Under the pieces are notes generated by a model. It was given only the letters and a program-made list of their open reading frames with translations. It searched no databases and was not told the origin of the DNA. A program made the position numbers and the translations under genes. Positions 1-11,365 of a DNA stretch of 64,000 nt are shown in pieces; the stretch's first letter is position 1; each line of letters opens with the position of its first letter. The DNA is from Candidatus Latescibacterota bacterium (GTDB lineage: Bacteria; Latescibacterota; UBA2968; GCA-2709665): assembly GCA_963667175.2 (NCBI GenBank), contig CAXXXF010000012.1, positions 1 to 64,000 of the forward strand, given 5' to 3'.

Positions 1-2
1 TC

Positions 3-821
3 AACCTGAAGAACGGGCTATTCTCCCTGCGCTGGGCCTGCGATGTCCCATTCCGTGCCGGTCTTTCAAGTTCATCCGCCCTGATTGTATCCATCCTCAA
101 CGCTGTGCTGGCCTACATGGGCAGGTCGGACCACGTGTACTACCGCGCGGAAATGGCCCGCCACATCGAGTTGCACTATCTTGTTTTGTGCGGATATCAG
201 GACGCATATATGTGCACGATCGGGGGTCTGAACTTTATGGACTTCCGTGAAAAACAGTTCTACCGGGCGCTGGCCGACGAACCCTACGCCACCGTGGAGC
301 CCCTCGCGCCGTTCATGGAGGATTGCCCCTTCATCCTGGCCCATACGGGCGTAAAGCGCAACTCCGCCCGGGTACACCAGCCGATCCGGGAACGTTGGCT
401 GGAAGGCGACCGGGAAGTCGTTCGCAGCTACCTCCGCATCGCCCACGTGGCGCGAATGGGAAAACGGGCGCTTCTGGAAGCTGACTGGCGAACCCTGGGC
501 GAACTGATGGCCGAGAACCACGAAATCCAGCGGGACCTTGGCGGTTCCGGCCCGGAGAACGAACGCCTCATCGAGGCCGCGCTGAGCGGCGGGGCCCTCG
601 GCGCCAAGCTGGCCGGCGCCGGCGCCGGCGGCACGATTATCGCCCTGGCGCCGGAACCCGAACCGGTCGCCAGGGCGCTGCGGAACGCCGGCGCCAGCCG
701 GATCCTTTCACCGGCGCCGGCGCCGGGCGTCACCATAACGGCGCTCGAAACCGACGCGGACAGGCGCGCGGCGGAAGCCGAACTCCTCAAACGTTCGCGG
801 CAGGAGGACCTCAGAGATTAG
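3..821 (+). CDS. GHMP-family sugar kinase, 5'-partial
   Basis: Frame is open from base 3: DVPFRAGLSSSA (GHMP ATP-binding motif), GYQD, and C-terminal GAKLAGAGAGG. Confidence 0.85.
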   Translation, partial: NLKNGLFSLRWACDVPFRAGLSSSSALIVSILNAVLAYMGRSDHVYYRAEMARHIELHYLVLCGYQDAYMCTIGGLNFMDFREKQFYRALADEPYATVEPLAPFMEDCPFILAHTGVKRNSARVHQPIRERWLEGDREVVRSYLRIAHVARMGKRALLEADWRTLGELMAENHEIQRDLGGSGPENERLIEAALSGGALGAKLAGAGAGGTIIALAPEPEPVARALRNAGASRILSPAPAPGVTITALETDADRRAAEAELLKRSRQEDLRD

Positions 822-1268
822 TGCCCTGTACCAAAAATACCTCACCATACGGCCGCCGATTCATCCCGTCTCGTTGGGTTGCTTGCGCTGCTGTTGCTGA
901 GCCCGTCAAAGCAAGCTTGTCGACAATGCTCAGTTCGTCTGTTGGCGGATGAACGGGATTTGGAACTAACCCATTGGGGGACAACGGATTTACCTCTCCC
1001 ATCTCTCCGTCTTCAGGAAATTCGGCGAAAAGGGAATTGTCATTTTCGCTCTTGACTCAAGCTGACCGCCGATCGCTGCTTTTCTCCGGCCGAAGTAAGG
1101 CAACTCATTTCCGGGACGGGACACCATACGTCGCCTGCAGAGCTCCTTTTTCAACAGACTGCCAACGAAACGAAAATTCATGGGCGGTATGCCCTTGCCG
1201 ATACAAAAGACTTTGGTTATCTTTAGCGCGAATAACACCGAACCTCGAAGGGCGCGGAGACGTTCTCA

Positions 1269-2318
1269 ATGGCAATTCTGGCAGATACGCTCCAGGAAAC
1301 GTACGAACTGATGGAGCGCAAACTCGGTGGTCTCGTGCCGGAAATCGAGCTGCTGTATAAAGCCGAACTGGTCTACGAGATCAACCGCCTGAAGGAAGCG
1401 CGCGGCGCCATCATTCTGGGTCACAATTACATGGAGCCGGCGCTCTTCCATACGGTGCCGGACGTGGTGGGCGATTCGCTCGAACTCAGCCGGAAGGCCG
1501 CTGAAACCGACTGCGATCCGATCGTGTTCTGCGGCGTGCGATTCATGGCGGAAACCGCAAAGATCCTCAACCCGGAAAAGACCGTACTCCTGCCGGCAAA
1601 AATCGCGGGCTGTTCGCTCGCGGCAAGCATTACAGCCGAAGACGTACGCAGGCTCAGACTGGAGTACCCCGGTGTCCCGATCGTCACGTACATCAACACC
1701 TATGCGGACGTGAAAGCGGAATGCGACGTGTGCTGCACGTCCAGCAACGCCGCGATGGTTGTGGAATCGCTGGGGTGCGATACGGTCATCTTTCTTCCGG
1801 ACGAGTACCTGGCGGCCAACGTAGCCCAGGAAACCGGCAAACGCATCATCTTCCCCACGCGGGAAGAACCCGATGCGCCGAGGGCGGAACTCGACTACGA
1901 GATGATCGGTTGGCATGGCCGGTGCGAAGTGCACGAGAAATTCACGGTCGACGACGTCGCCAACGTCCGAAAGCAATTCCCGGGAGTGCTCGTTCTCGCC
2001 CACCCCGAGTGCAGTCCCGAAGTCGTGTCCGCATCCGATTTTTCCAGCAGTACCTCGAAGATGAGCGCCTTTGTGCAGGAGACAGACGCGTCCAGTTATC
2101 TTCTGCTTACAGAGTGCAGCATGGGCGACAATATCATGGCCGACAATCCCGACAAGGAAATGGTGCGGCTTTGCAGCATCCGCTGCCCGCATATGAACGA
2201 GATCACACTCGAAGACACGCTGAACGCCCTGAAGAACAACGAGCAGATGATCGAGGTACCCGAAGAAATCCGTATCCGAGCCAAACGCGCGGTGGACCGG
2301 ATGCTGGAAATAGGTTGA
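1269..2318 (+). CDS. nadA: Quinolinate synthase
   Basis: ILGHNY, GDSLELS, FCGVRFMAET, AGCSLA, YINT, CEVH, HPEC and CPHM motifs. Confidence 0.97.
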   Translation: MAILADTLQETYELMERKLGGLVPEIELLYKAELVYEINRLKEARGAIILGHNYMEPALFHTVPDVVGDSLELSRKAAETDCDPIVFCGVRFMAETAKILNPEKTVLLPAKIAGCSLAASITAEDVRRLRLEYPGVPIVTYINTYADVKAECDVCCTSSNAAMVVESLGCDTVIFLPDEYLAANVAQETGKRIIFPTREEPDAPRAELDYEMIGWHGRCEVHEKFTVDDVANVRKQFPGVLVLAHPECSPEVVSASDFSSSTSKMSAFVQETDASSYLLLTECSMGDNIMADNPDKEMVRLCSIRCPHMNEITLEDTLNALKNNEQMIEVPEEIRIRAKRAVDRMLEIG

Positions 2319-2342
2319 ATTCAAGGGCAACCCGAACCTCGG

Positions 2343-2371
2343 GGGCGGGGTTTCATACCCGCCCTTCTTTT
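2343..2371 (+). terminator. GC-rich hairpin plus U-tract after nadA (terminator or REP-like)
   Basis: GGGCGGG-GTTTCATA-CCCGCCC followed by TTCTTTT. Confidence 0.55.
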
Positions 2372-2384
2372 GTGTGGACACCCC

Positions 2385-3617
2385 ATGCCACTCGATATAT
2401 GGATGTTTATCGGCCGGATCGACGCCTTCGAAGAGGAAGGCGCCGACAGAATCCTGGACCGCCTGGAAGGAGTGGGCATCGCCAACATCGTGATCGGCGA
2501 CCTGAGATTCGGGTCGTCTCCCGCGTATCCGCCCACGCCGGAACTGTACCAGGGATGCGAAACGCGTCCCCCGGAGTTGTCGCACGAAGACGTCCCGCGG
2601 TTCGAGACGCTGCAACGGGCCGTTGAAAAGGCGAAAAACAGGAAATTCGACGTTTACTTGCACGATTGGCTTCAATCGGCTCCAGGCTGCATCAACAATC
2701 CGGAGAAAGTCAGGTACGGGCCGGCGCGGACGAGGGACGTCGTTCGAAGTTTCCCCGGTGTGGACGGATTCATCCTGGACGGGCCCGAGTGGGGGTATGA
2801 GATCGCGCCCGACTATCGGAGCAATCTGTTCCGTTGCGACTGCGACGACTGCCGCGACAGGGCGTCGGAATGGGGCTACGACTTCGATGTCATCCGGCAG
2901 GCACGGGCACGCCTCAAGGACAGTCTGCGGAGTCTGGGGGACCTCCCGCCAGGTCGCCGGGAACGCGGCCTTATGGATGGTCTCGACGCGCTGATTGCCA
3001 ATCCCGGTCTCTTCGACTGGTTTCGCTTCAAGACCGACAGCATCGAGCACTATGTACGGTCTTTCGCGGACACCGCCCGATCGCTCGATCCACCGCGAAA
3101 GATAGCCTGCGGACCCCGACTGCCCGCATTTGCGCCTCTCACAGGTTACAATTTCGGACGCCTCGCGGGAATTGTCGATTTTCAGTGCCCCAAACTCTAT
3201 TTCTGGCAGCACGGCATCGACGGCCTGAAGGGCACGCTCTACCGCTACGGGAAGACACTCTGCGAGTGGAATCCCGGTATGACCGAGGCGGAGGCGCTCG
3301 ACCGCGTGCGCGAACTCTTCGCCCTCTGGGTGCCAGGCACACAGCGCCTCGCCGACCTTGACGGGCCGTTGCCCGCGGCGTTCTTCGAGCAGGTGGCATT
3401 GAGCGAGATTCACAAGATGAGAGAGCGGCTGGGCGACGTTTCCCGCATCCGCCCCTGGATGGGACTTCATCACGGGGGTGTCCGCATGGACAGCCGCGAA
3501 CTCGAACATATGCTGCAGACCGTTGAGCAGGGCGGCCTGACCACCCTCATTTACTGGCATTACAGTGACATGACGGAGTCGGACTGGGAGGTGATACGGG
3601 ACCGCATCCGGAATTGA
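2385..3617 (+). CDS. Hypothetical protein, possibly glycoside-hydrolase-like TIM barrel
   Basis: Long ORF; VDGFILDGPEWG and CDCDDC resemble GHL-type barrels (inference). Confidence 0.6.
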   Translation: MPLDIWMFIGRIDAFEEEGADRILDRLEGVGIANIVIGDLRFGSSPAYPPTPELYQGCETRPPELSHEDVPRFETLQRAVEKAKNRKFDVYLHDWLQSAPGCINNPEKVRYGPARTRDVVRSFPGVDGFILDGPEWGYEIAPDYRSNLFRCDCDDCRDRASEWGYDFDVIRQARARLKDSLRSLGDLPPGRRERGLMDGLDALIANPGLFDWFRFKTDSIEHYVRSFADTARSLDPPRKIACGPRLPAFAPLTGYNFGRLAGIVDFQCPKLYFWQHGIDGLKGTLYRYGKTLCEWNPGMTEAEALDRVRELFALWVPGTQRLADLDGPLPAAFFEQVALSEIHKMRERLGDVSRIRPWMGLHHGGVRMDSRELEHMLQTVEQGGLTTLIYWHYSDMTESDWEVIRDRIRN

Positions 3618-3788
3618 ACGTTCGCATTTGATATCGTCTGGAACGGTTTTCGTTCTTCCCGACGTCCAGGGCCGCCGAGTTCAAGAGTCCGGCGGCTCGT
3701 TGTCATTCCGACGAATGACGCGAGTCCGGCAAGACCTGGTTCAAATACCTGATCAGGCGCCGACGACAACACCAGCTTCCAGGGTCAC

Positions 3789-4792
3789 ATGCACGCCATC
3801 ACGGTTAAGGAACTTTCCAAGGCCTACGTCGTACCCGAACGCGACGCCGGCCTGCGCGCCGCGGTCGTAAGCCTGGTAAGACGAAAAACGCGGGAGGTCA
3901 GGGCCGTTGAGGCGATTTCCTTCAACGTGGAACACGGAGAGGTCGTGGGCTTTCTCGGTCCCAACGGGGCGGGAAAGACCACGACGCTCAAGATGCTCTC
4001 GGGGTTGCTCTATCCAACAGACGGCACGTACGAAGTCCTCGGCCATGTCCCCCACCGGCGTGAGCGGGCTTTTCTCAGCCAGATTACGCTCGTGATGGGC
4101 CAGCGTAACCAGCTGATCTGGGACATTCCGATGATCGACTCTCTGGAACGCAATCGGGCGGTCTATCGGATCCCGCACGGGGACTACAGGGACACGCTGG
4201 ATGAACTGACGGATCTGCTCGAGTTGGAATCGCTTCTGCCAAAACCGGTCAGAAACCTATCCCTCGGCGAGCGGATGAAGTGCGAGATCGCCGCGGCTCT
4301 CCTGCATCGTCCGAAGGTCCTCTTCCTCGACGAACCCACAATCGGTCTCGACGTGACCATGCAGCGCCGCATTCGTACTTTTGTCGAAGAATACAACCGC
4401 GCCCACGGCGCAACGGTACTTCTCACCAGCCACTATATGGCCGACGTCGAAGCCCTCTGCAAGCGTGTTGTCGTCATCCACCACGGTCAGATTCTATTTG
4501 ATGGCGCCCTATCGGATCTTGTCACCCGGTTCTCCCCGCACAAAACCATTGACGTGGAACTCGAGAACGAAAACGCCGACCTCTCTCCGTACGGAGAGGT
4601 GGTTGAAGCCGACGGCCTGCGTTATTCGCTGCGCGTGCCTAAAGAGGCTACGCCGCAGGTGACAGCGAGGATTCTGGGTGATTTACCGGTACTCGACCTG
4701 ACCGTCGAAGACCCCCCATCGAGGAAGTCATCGAGCAGGTCTTCTCCGTTGAAACGCCGGAAGCCGACACCGGGACGGCGGGAGCCGGCTGA
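3789..4792 (+). CDS. ABC-2 exporter ATP-binding subunit, frameshifted near the 3' end
   Basis: GPNGAGKT, LSLGE, LFLDEPT, SH motifs; adding one C to the C6 run at 4712-4717 restores EDPPIEEVIEQVF and a TGA at 4790-4792. Confidence 0.9.
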
Positions 4793-4797
4793 CACCA

Positions 4798-5592
4798 ATG
4801 CTTGCGATCTACTGGGCATACCTGAAAACCACCCTCGCGCTTCAGTTTCAGTATCGCGTTGCCATGGCGATCTGGATGATCGGGGGGCTTCTCGAACCGA
4901 CGATCTATTGCGTCGTCTGGTCAACCGTCGCGTTGGCCCGAGGCGGAGACGTGGCCGGTTACGACGCGGGTGAATTCGCCGCGTATTACATCGTCCTGAT
5001 GGTCGTCAATATGTGGACGTTCACCTGGATCATGCACGAGATGGGCTATCGCGTCCAGCACGGCGAACTGTCGGCGATGCTCCTGAAGCCGATTCATCCC
5101 ATTCACAGCGATATTGCCGACAACATCGGTTACAAGACCCTGACGCTGTGCGTGCTGATCCCGTCCGTGGTCGTTCTCGGCCTCCTGTTCAATCCTACGT
5201 TTGAATTCGAAACCAAGAACGCGCTCCTTTTCGTGGTTGCGTTGATCCTCGCCTACGTACTCAGATTCTTTGTTGAGTGGGCGCTCGCGCTGGTGGCGTT
5301 CTGGACGACCCGGAACGAGGCGGTGAATCAGATGTACTACTTTTTCGGCCTCTTCCTGTCGGGCAGAATCGCTCCGCTGGATCTGCTGCCCGGATGGACC
5401 CGAGCGGCCGCCGACGCGCTCCCGTTCAAATGGTCCGTCGCCTTTCCCGTAGAACTTGCCCTTGGCAGGCTCGAAAGGGCCCAGATTACGCATGGCTTCA
5501 CGATGCAGGTTGTGTGGGTCATCATCGGGTTCGCCATCGTCAAACTCGTCTGGCGCCGGGGAATCAGGAAATATTCCGCCGTAGGCTCCTGA
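4798..5592 (+). CDS. ABC-2 family permease (DUF990-type)
   Basis: YR near the N-terminus, GELSAMLLKPI, multiple TM segments, ends YSAVGS. Confidence 0.88.
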   Translation: MLAIYWAYLKTTLALQFQYRVAMAIWMIGGLLEPTIYCVVWSTVALARGGDVAGYDAGEFAAYYIVLMVVNMWTFTWIMHEMGYRVQHGELSAMLLKPIHPIHSDIADNIGYKTLTLCVLIPSVVVLGLLFNPTFEFETKNALLFVVALILAYVLRFFVEWALALVAFWTTRNEAVNQMYYFFGLFLSGRIAPLDLLPGWTRAAADALPFKWSVAFPVELALGRLERAQITHGFTMQVVWVIIGFAIVKLVWRRGIRKYSAVGS

Positions 5593-5620
5593 GAACCGCT
5601 TTTGCGCCGAGCATCCGGAT

Positions 5621-6408
5621 ATGCACAAGGCAATTGTGATATGGACGTTCCTGAAGATCGGCATTCTCAACGAACTCGCCTATCGGGCCAACTTCTACGT
5701 CCAGATCTTTCGGTCCACGGCGAGCCTCGTACAGGCGCTGCTCGGTGTCTACGTGGTCTTTCTGCACACCGAAACACTTGGCGACTGGAGGTCCTACGAT
5801 CTGCTCGCCCTGATCGGCGTATTCGTCATTATCGGCGGTGCGATTGCAATCGTGATCCGGCCCAGTATGGCCCAACTCATGACGGACGTCCGCCGTGGCA
5901 CGCTCGACTATACGCTCACAAAGCCCGAGGATGCGCAGTTTCTGGTCAGTATCAGCCAGTTTCAGGTCTGGAAGGCGACCGATTTCGTTCTTGGCGCGGT
6001 CGTGCTGTCGTATGCCCTGTACAAGAGGGGCATGGAAGTCGGCGCCTTAGATGCCCTCACCTTCGGCCTCGTCCTTCTGTGCGGCGCGGCCACGATCTAC
6101 AGCTTTTTCCTGATCCTGTCCACCATCTCGTTCTGGTACATCAAGGTCGAAAACATCCTCAATATCTTCGACGCGGTGGTGCCAGGCCGGCCGCTGGCCC
6201 ATCGGCATCTATCCCCACTGGCTGCGTTTCGTCCTGACGTTTATCGTTCCCGTCGCGTTCGCGATCCACGGTCCCGGCCCGGGCCCTGACCGGCAGGCTC
6301 GATTCGGAGTCTCTCACGGCTGCGCTTCTCTTGGCGGCCGGTTTGCTGATCGCCTCGCGCCTGTTCTGGCGGTGGGGGCTCCGCCACTATTCCGGCGCCT
6401 CGGCCTGA
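5621..6408 (+). CDS. Second ABC-2 family permease, frameshifted
   Basis: LAYRANF, GTLDYTLTKP; the expected C-terminus WRWGLRHYSGASA* is in another frame ending at 6408. Confidence 0.82.
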
Positions 6409-6485
6409 CCGGAGTTCGATCGTCCGAATGCGCCCGGCCCCCGCCCGGCCGCAGAACCCGCCAACTCCGATTCGAGAGAAAACCC

Positions 6486-7628
6486 ATGAATGTCTGCACT
6501 TGTCGGTGCGGGGATTTTCGGCATGGCCGCGGCACTGGAGTTGCGTAACCGCGGTCACGACGTCACGCTGATCGAGCGCGGCGAAATTCCCAACCCGGAG
6601 GCATCCAGCACGGATGTCTCCAAAGTGATCCGGCGCACGATGTACCCGAACGAGGCATACGTGGAACTGGTAACGAGGGCCGCGGCGCAGTGGCGGGCGT
6701 GGCACGACCGCACGAGCCGGTCGATTTACTTTCAGAATGGCAAGTTGATCGTCGCACGCGATCTGGATGCGGATCACGAAGCGCACGCGGGCTGGGAGAC
6801 CCTGAGCCGGTTGGGAAAAGACGTCTTCGAGCTCACCGCCGGCCAGGTCCGCGAGCGGTTTCCGCAGTTCACCGTAGGCGACGAGGACAGGCTCTTCTTC
6901 GACCCATGGGCGGGGCTACCTGCGCAGCGGTCAGGCGCTGGGGGACCTGGCGACGCTGGCGCGTGAAGCGGGCGTGACCATTTTTGAGAATACGCCCGTC
7001 CACCGCGGTTGAAGAGACGGATGGCGGGGCCAGAGTCCGAACCGGCGCGGAATGGAAGGACTGCGACCGTGCGGTCGTCGCGGCCGGCCCATGGGTAGCC
7101 GAACAGCTACCCGCCATGGAGAAACGCGTACGGATCACGCGGCAGCAGATGGCCTTCTTCGCACCCGAGGACTCCCGGCCGTTCGAGCGGTCCCGTTTTC
7201 CGGTGTGGTCGATCCTTTCCCCCGGCAACCTGTGGTACGGGTTCCCCTATCTGCACGAAGGGTTCGTGAAGGTGGCGGAAGACAGCAAGGTGGACGATGC
7301 CGAAGTCGACGTCTCACGTGACCCGACGCCCGAGTTCCTGACATGGGCCAGGGAGTTCGTCGCGCGGCGAATACCCGGTCTCAGCGAGGCGCAACTGGTC
7401 GGCGGGCGGTCCTGCCTTTATACGAACATGGCCAATATGGCGGACGAGGCGTTCGTCATCGACTGGGCGCAGGGATATGAACGCGTGTTGATTGCCGGCT
7501 GCGGATGCGGCCATGGATTCAAATTCGGCGGCGCTATCGGACCCGTGATCGCCGATGCGCTGGAGGACCGTGAGAACCCGATGGGCGAAATGTTCAGGAT
7601 CGGAAACCGCTTTGATAAACCCCTTTGA
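6486..7628 (+). CDS. FAD-dependent oxidoreductase (sarcosine oxidase/DAO family), split by frameshifts
   Basis: VGAGIFG dinucleotide motif, ASSTDVSKVIR, AAGPW, CLYT, GHGFKF spread over ORFs 6490-6966 and 6984-7628. Confidence 0.85.
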
Positions 7629-7972
7629 TTCACAAAGACTGAACAGACATGGATGGACGGGATGAACAGGATAAAATCCGATCAGGATTTACTGGATTTG
7701 CAGGATTAAGCAGGATTTGAAACCAGGAGCGAGGCAAAGGCGCGAGAAAACGAACATCAGAAACTACGAAACACGCAAAAAAAACGAAAAATACATGGCT
7801 GAATTCTAATGCCGGAAGAGGCACAATAACAGCGATCCTGTTACATGGCGTATCGCCGAAAGACGATGAATGTCCCGCAGGGTCACGGCGTTACGACACA
7901 CGCCGTTTGACGCCGATTGCCTTTGTGCCTTTTTGTGCTTTTTGTGGCGAATTTGACGGTTATCTTCTTATC
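7620..7972. repeat. Modular dispersed repeat, family R1 copy a
   Basis: CATGGATGGACGGGATGAACAGGATAAAA (7648-7676), AAAGGCGCGAGAAAACGA and CCTTTGTGCCTTTTTGTGCTTTTTGTGGC modules shared with 48548-48761 and 57255-57430. Confidence 0.85.
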
Positions 7973-8009
7973 AATAGATAATACCACCACGAAGAAAGGG
8001 GATTCCACG

Positions 8010-8399
8010 ATGCCTGAGAAAAAGGTCAAGTCGTTTGCCGCCCACGCCAGGGATGCCCGCTGGGTGCAGCAGGGATTGCGCTCGTACTTCAGCTATCGCG
8101 ATCTGGGTATCAGGGATGCGACGGAAGGGCGCGTGCTGGCCCACGTCATTCGCGCTCACGAACCCTGCACCGGCCCGCTGGGCTATCATTCCCACGACCT
8201 GGAATTTCAGATGGTCTACCTGATCAACGGCTGGGCCCGCCTCTACTTCGAGGACATCGGCGAGATTCGGGTCGAAGCGGGTGACGCCTGGTATCAGCCT
8301 CCGGGTATCCGGCATGAAGTTCTCGAATACTCCGATGATTGGGAAGTGATCGAGATCACCATGCCGGCCGAATTCGACACCCACGACGAACAGCGCTGA
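8010..8399 (+). CDS. Cupin-domain protein
   Basis: YHSHDLEFQMVY and GDAWYQPPGIRH cupin motifs. Confidence 0.88.
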   Translation: MPEKKVKSFAAHARDARWVQQGLRSYFSYRDLGIRDATEGRVLAHVIRAHEPCTGPLGYHSHDLEFQMVYLINGWARLYFEDIGEIRVEAGDAWYQPPGIRHEVLEYSDDWEVIEITMPAEFDTHDEQR

Positions 8400-8417
8400 T
8401 TCCGTGAAAGGATTCCC

Positions 8418-9296
8418 ATGAGAGTCGGGTTCATCGGCCTTGGAAACATGGGGCAGCCGATGGCGGCCAATATTCTCGGCGCGGGTCACGAACTGACCAT
8501 CCACGATACCCGGCGTCATACCGGACGTGACCTCGAGGCGGGGGGCGCGACATGGGCTGACAACGCGAGGACAGTGGCGGTTCGATCCGAAGTGGTGTTG
8601 TCGTCGCTGCCCGATGGCGAGGCCGTCGAGGACGTGGTGTTGGGTGACGACGGCGTGTTTGCCGGTATTGCGCCAAGATCGACGTACGTCGACACCAGCA
8701 CCGTCGCGCCGGCCGTGACGCGCCGCATTTCCGCGCTTGGCGCCGAACGCGGTTTGCGCGTGCTCGACGCGCCGGTCAGCGGTGGCATCGTCGGCGCGCG
8801 CGACGGGACGCTCACCCTGTTCGTCGGGGGTGAATCAGAGGATCTGCGGCGGGTGCAACCCTTGTTGGCGTGCGTCGGCGACAGGGTGATTCACGTCGGA
8901 CCGGCCGGATCGGGGAACGTGGTCAAGCTGATCAACAACCTGATGATGTTTGTGAACTTCGCCGGCGCGTGCGAAGGCGTGGCCATGGGCGCCAGGGCGG
9001 GAATCGACCTGCGCCTGCTTCTGGACGCGGTGAAGGCGAGTATGGGTCAGAGTCGTATTCTCGATCGCACGCTCTCCCTGTTTCTGAACAACGGTCGGAT
9101 GGGATCGACAGCTGACCTTGCCGTGAAGGATATGCGTCTGGGGGTTGCGCTCGGTAAAGAGCTCGGGGTGCCGCTCGAGGTCTCTCCGCTCGTGAGAGAC
9201 CTCATGGTCCGGCTCCGCGACAGGGGTCAGGGGGATCGGGATGAGTTCATCGATATGATTCCGGATCTGCTGCGGCGGTCCGGCGTGGACGTTTGA
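8418..9296 (+). CDS. NAD(P)-dependent beta-hydroxyacid dehydrogenase (3-hydroxyisobutyrate DH family)
   Basis: GFIGLGNMG, DAPVSGG, KLINN, KD motifs. Confidence 0.92.
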   Translation: MRVGFIGLGNMGQPMAANILGAGHELTIHDTRRHTGRDLEAGGATWADNARTVAVRSEVVLSSLPDGEAVEDVVLGDDGVFAGIAPRSTYVDTSTVAPAVTRRISALGAERGLRVLDAPVSGGIVGARDGTLTLFVGGESEDLRRVQPLLACVGDRVIHVGPAGSGNVVKLINNLMMFVNFAGACEGVAMGARAGIDLRLLLDAVKASMGQSRILDRTLSLFLNNGRMGSTADLAVKDMRLGVALGKELGVPLEVSPLVRDLMVRLRDRGQGDRDEFIDMIPDLLRRSGVDV

Positions 9297-9354
9297 TCCA
9301 AATTTACCGAAACAGCGTTTGCCGTGTGTCTTACATTGTCGTATATTGTAATAC

Positions 9355-9588
9355 ATGAATACGACACTGACAGTACGGACCGACCGGGCGATGCGCAAGG
9401 CGCTGGAAGAACGCGCCCGGACACAGGGATTGACGGTGTCGGAACTGGTTCGCCGGCTTCTTGATGACGCCATTTCAGAACGTCCCCTGGCGCAACGCGC
9501 CGGGCACTTGAAAGGACGTCTCGAACTGGCAGGCCCCGATTCCGACGCCTGGCGCAATCGCCTTCGTGAACGGAACTGGCGCGGATGA
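9355..9588 (+). CDS. Ribbon-helix-helix (CopG-like) antitoxin
   Basis: TLTVR...ARTQGLTVSELVR; ATGA overlap with the downstream PIN gene. Confidence 0.82.
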   Translation: MNTTLTVRTDRAMRKALEERARTQGLTVSELVRRLLDDAISERPLAQRAGHLKGRLELAGPDSDAWRNRLRERNWRG

Positions 9589-10016
9589 CGGTCTGGCTGC
9601 TGGATACCGGTCCGCTGGTCGCTTATCTGAACGCCTCGGACCCGGCACATCAAGGCGTTGGAGACGCGCTCGACGGCTTTACGGGACAACTCTGTACGAC
9701 CGGCGCGGTGGTCACCGAAGCGATGCATTTCGTGTCGGGTAACCGGTCCGGTCCCCGTTTGCTTTCGGAATTCGTCACGTCGGCCCGCATTCGGGTGTTC
9801 GACTTCGCTCAACCCTCGGCCCTGCGCGCGTGCGCAACGCTTATGGAAAAGTACGCCGACACACCGATGGACTACGCCGACGCCACCCTCGTGCTGCTGG
9901 CAGAACAATTAAAGTGCTTCGACGTCCTCACGCTCGACCGCCGCGGCTTTTCGACCTATCGTGTCGCCGAAAATCGCGGTTTTCGACTGGTACTAGACGT
10001 GAAACCAACTCAATGA
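9585..10016 (+). CDS. PIN-domain (VapC-like) toxin
   Basis: LLDTGPL, TEA, MDYADA, TLDRRGF acidic PIN motifs. Confidence 0.9.
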   Translation: MTVWLLDTGPLVAYLNASDPAHQGVGDALDGFTGQLCTTGAVVTEAMHFVSGNRSGPRLLSEFVTSARIRVFDFAQPSALRACATLMEKYADTPMDYADATLVLLAEQLKCFDVLTLDRRGFSTYRVAENRGFRLVLDVKPTQ

Positions 10017-11287
10017 CCATGACAATCGGCGATCCGGTCTTCCCATACTCCGCCGAATCGGCCATTGCACCGGCAATGGTCATTATTGGTTTGGCCGGCA
10101 GACTGCTCTGTCCGATTGTCTGCCTGTTGCTGATCACCGCCGCCGCACCCGACCCCGCAGCCGCGGAGTCGGAGGGCGAATCCGGCGCTATCATGACGGA
10201 ATTCGGATACGTCGCGGATGCCCTCCACAACGCATCCGGGGGCATCCGGAACGGTTCCGCGTATCTGCAGAATATCGATGCGACGATCGAGTTCGACCTC
10301 CGACGTGTCGTCGGAGGGGGGGCCGGGGCGTTGTTCGCCTATCTGCTCTGGAACGACGCGTCGACGTTTTCGGATCGTTACCCTGGCGACGCGCAGGTCG
10401 TCTCCAACATCGATGCGGAACGGGCCCTGCGCCTCTATGAACTCTGGTACGAACACCGTCTTGGCGACGCGTTACGTCTGAAAATCGGGCTCTACGATCT
10501 CAACAGCGAATTTGACGCGGTCGATTCGGCGGCGCTGTTCCTGAACAGCTCACACGGAATCATACCCACGTATTCCCAGACCGGAGAGAACGGGCCATCG
10601 ATATTTCCGGCGACGTCACTGTCGGCACGCCTGCAATGGGAGATTGACAAAAACAACCTCTTGCGTTACGCGCTGCTCGACGCGGTACCCGGCGCCCCCG
10701 ACAATCCGTCGGCCACCGCAGTCAGGTTGAGCAGCCGCGAGGGCGTTCTGCATGCCTTCGAATATACCCGTGACTTATCCGATGCCTTCCGCCTGGGTCT
10801 CGGCGCATTCTCTTATAGCGCGGAATTCGAGGCGACTCGTGAAACCGACGCGTGGGGAAATCCCGTGCGCCGAGGCGGCAATCGCGGTTTGTACGGATTC
10901 GCGGAAGGCATCGTTTACGCGGACGACGTCGCGCAGCGAAGCGCGTCGGCGTTCGTTCGGTACGGGACCGCCAACGGCGCGCTCAATCCCATTGATCGTT
11001 ACGCCGGCGCCGGGGCGGTGCTGTCGGGATTCGTCCCGCGCCGTCCTGACGACCGGATCGGGGTTTCCGTAGCGATAGCCCGGTTCGGGTCGGACTATCG
11101 GGCCGCCAATGACGCGCGCAGCCACGAAACGGCAATCGAACTGACCTATCGCGCCCGGGTGAATGACCGGATGCAGATCCAGCCTGATATCCAGTATATC
11201 ATCAACCCCGGCGCCGACAGGACGCTCGAGAATGCGCTGGTATTCGGCATCCGGCTGGAATTGGGTCACGGATTCCATCACCGCTGA
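10013..11287 (+). CDS. Carbohydrate-selective porin (OprB family)
   Basis: GDAQVVSNI, DLNSEFD, FLNSS, ELTY and QPDIQYIINPG; start position uncertain. Confidence 0.85.
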   Translation: MTMTIGDPVFPYSAESAIAPAMVIIGLAGRLLCPIVCLLLITAAAPDPAAAESEGESGAIMTEFGYVADALHNASGGIRNGSAYLQNIDATIEFDLRRVVGGGAGALFAYLLWNDASTFSDRYPGDAQVVSNIDAERALRLYELWYEHRLGDALRLKIGLYDLNSEFDAVDSAALFLNSSHGIIPTYSQTGENGPSIFPATSLSARLQWEIDKNNLLRYALLDAVPGAPDNPSATAVRLSSREGVLHAFEYTRDLSDAFRLGLGAFSYSAEFEATRETDAWGNPVRRGGNRGLYGFAEGIVYADDVAQRSASAFVRYGTANGALNPIDRYAGAGAVLSGFVPRRPDDRIGVSVAIARFGSDYRAANDARSHETAIELTYRARVNDRMQIQPDIQYIINPGADRTLENALVFGIRLELGHGFHHR

Positions 11288-11321
11288 CAGGCTCCGGCGT
11301 TGTTCTTTTCCAAACCGGAAT

Positions 11322-11348
11322 TAACATGGATGGACTGGATCAAAAACC
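11322..11348. repeat. Truncated R1 core, copy b
   Basis: TAACATGGATGGACTGGATCAAAAACC. Confidence 0.6.
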
Positions 11349-11365
11349 AAACGGAAGGAAGCGAT

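Noticed and set aside
818-1030. Possible IS end or remnant after the kinase gene (TAGTGCCCTGTACCAAAAATACCTCAC)
   Set aside because: No matching second end or transposase fragment found by eye
1030-1268. NAD+ riboswitch upstream of nadA
   Set aside because: No recognisable nadA-motif structure, and a plausible promoter (TTGCCG-17-TATCTT, ~1195-1223) leaves only a short leader
1266-3560. 764-aa minus-strand ORF and similar long ORFs (e.g. 59500-61518, 21211-22692, 12129-13385)
   Set aside because: Antisense shadows of well-supported genes in GC-rich DNA, with no motifs
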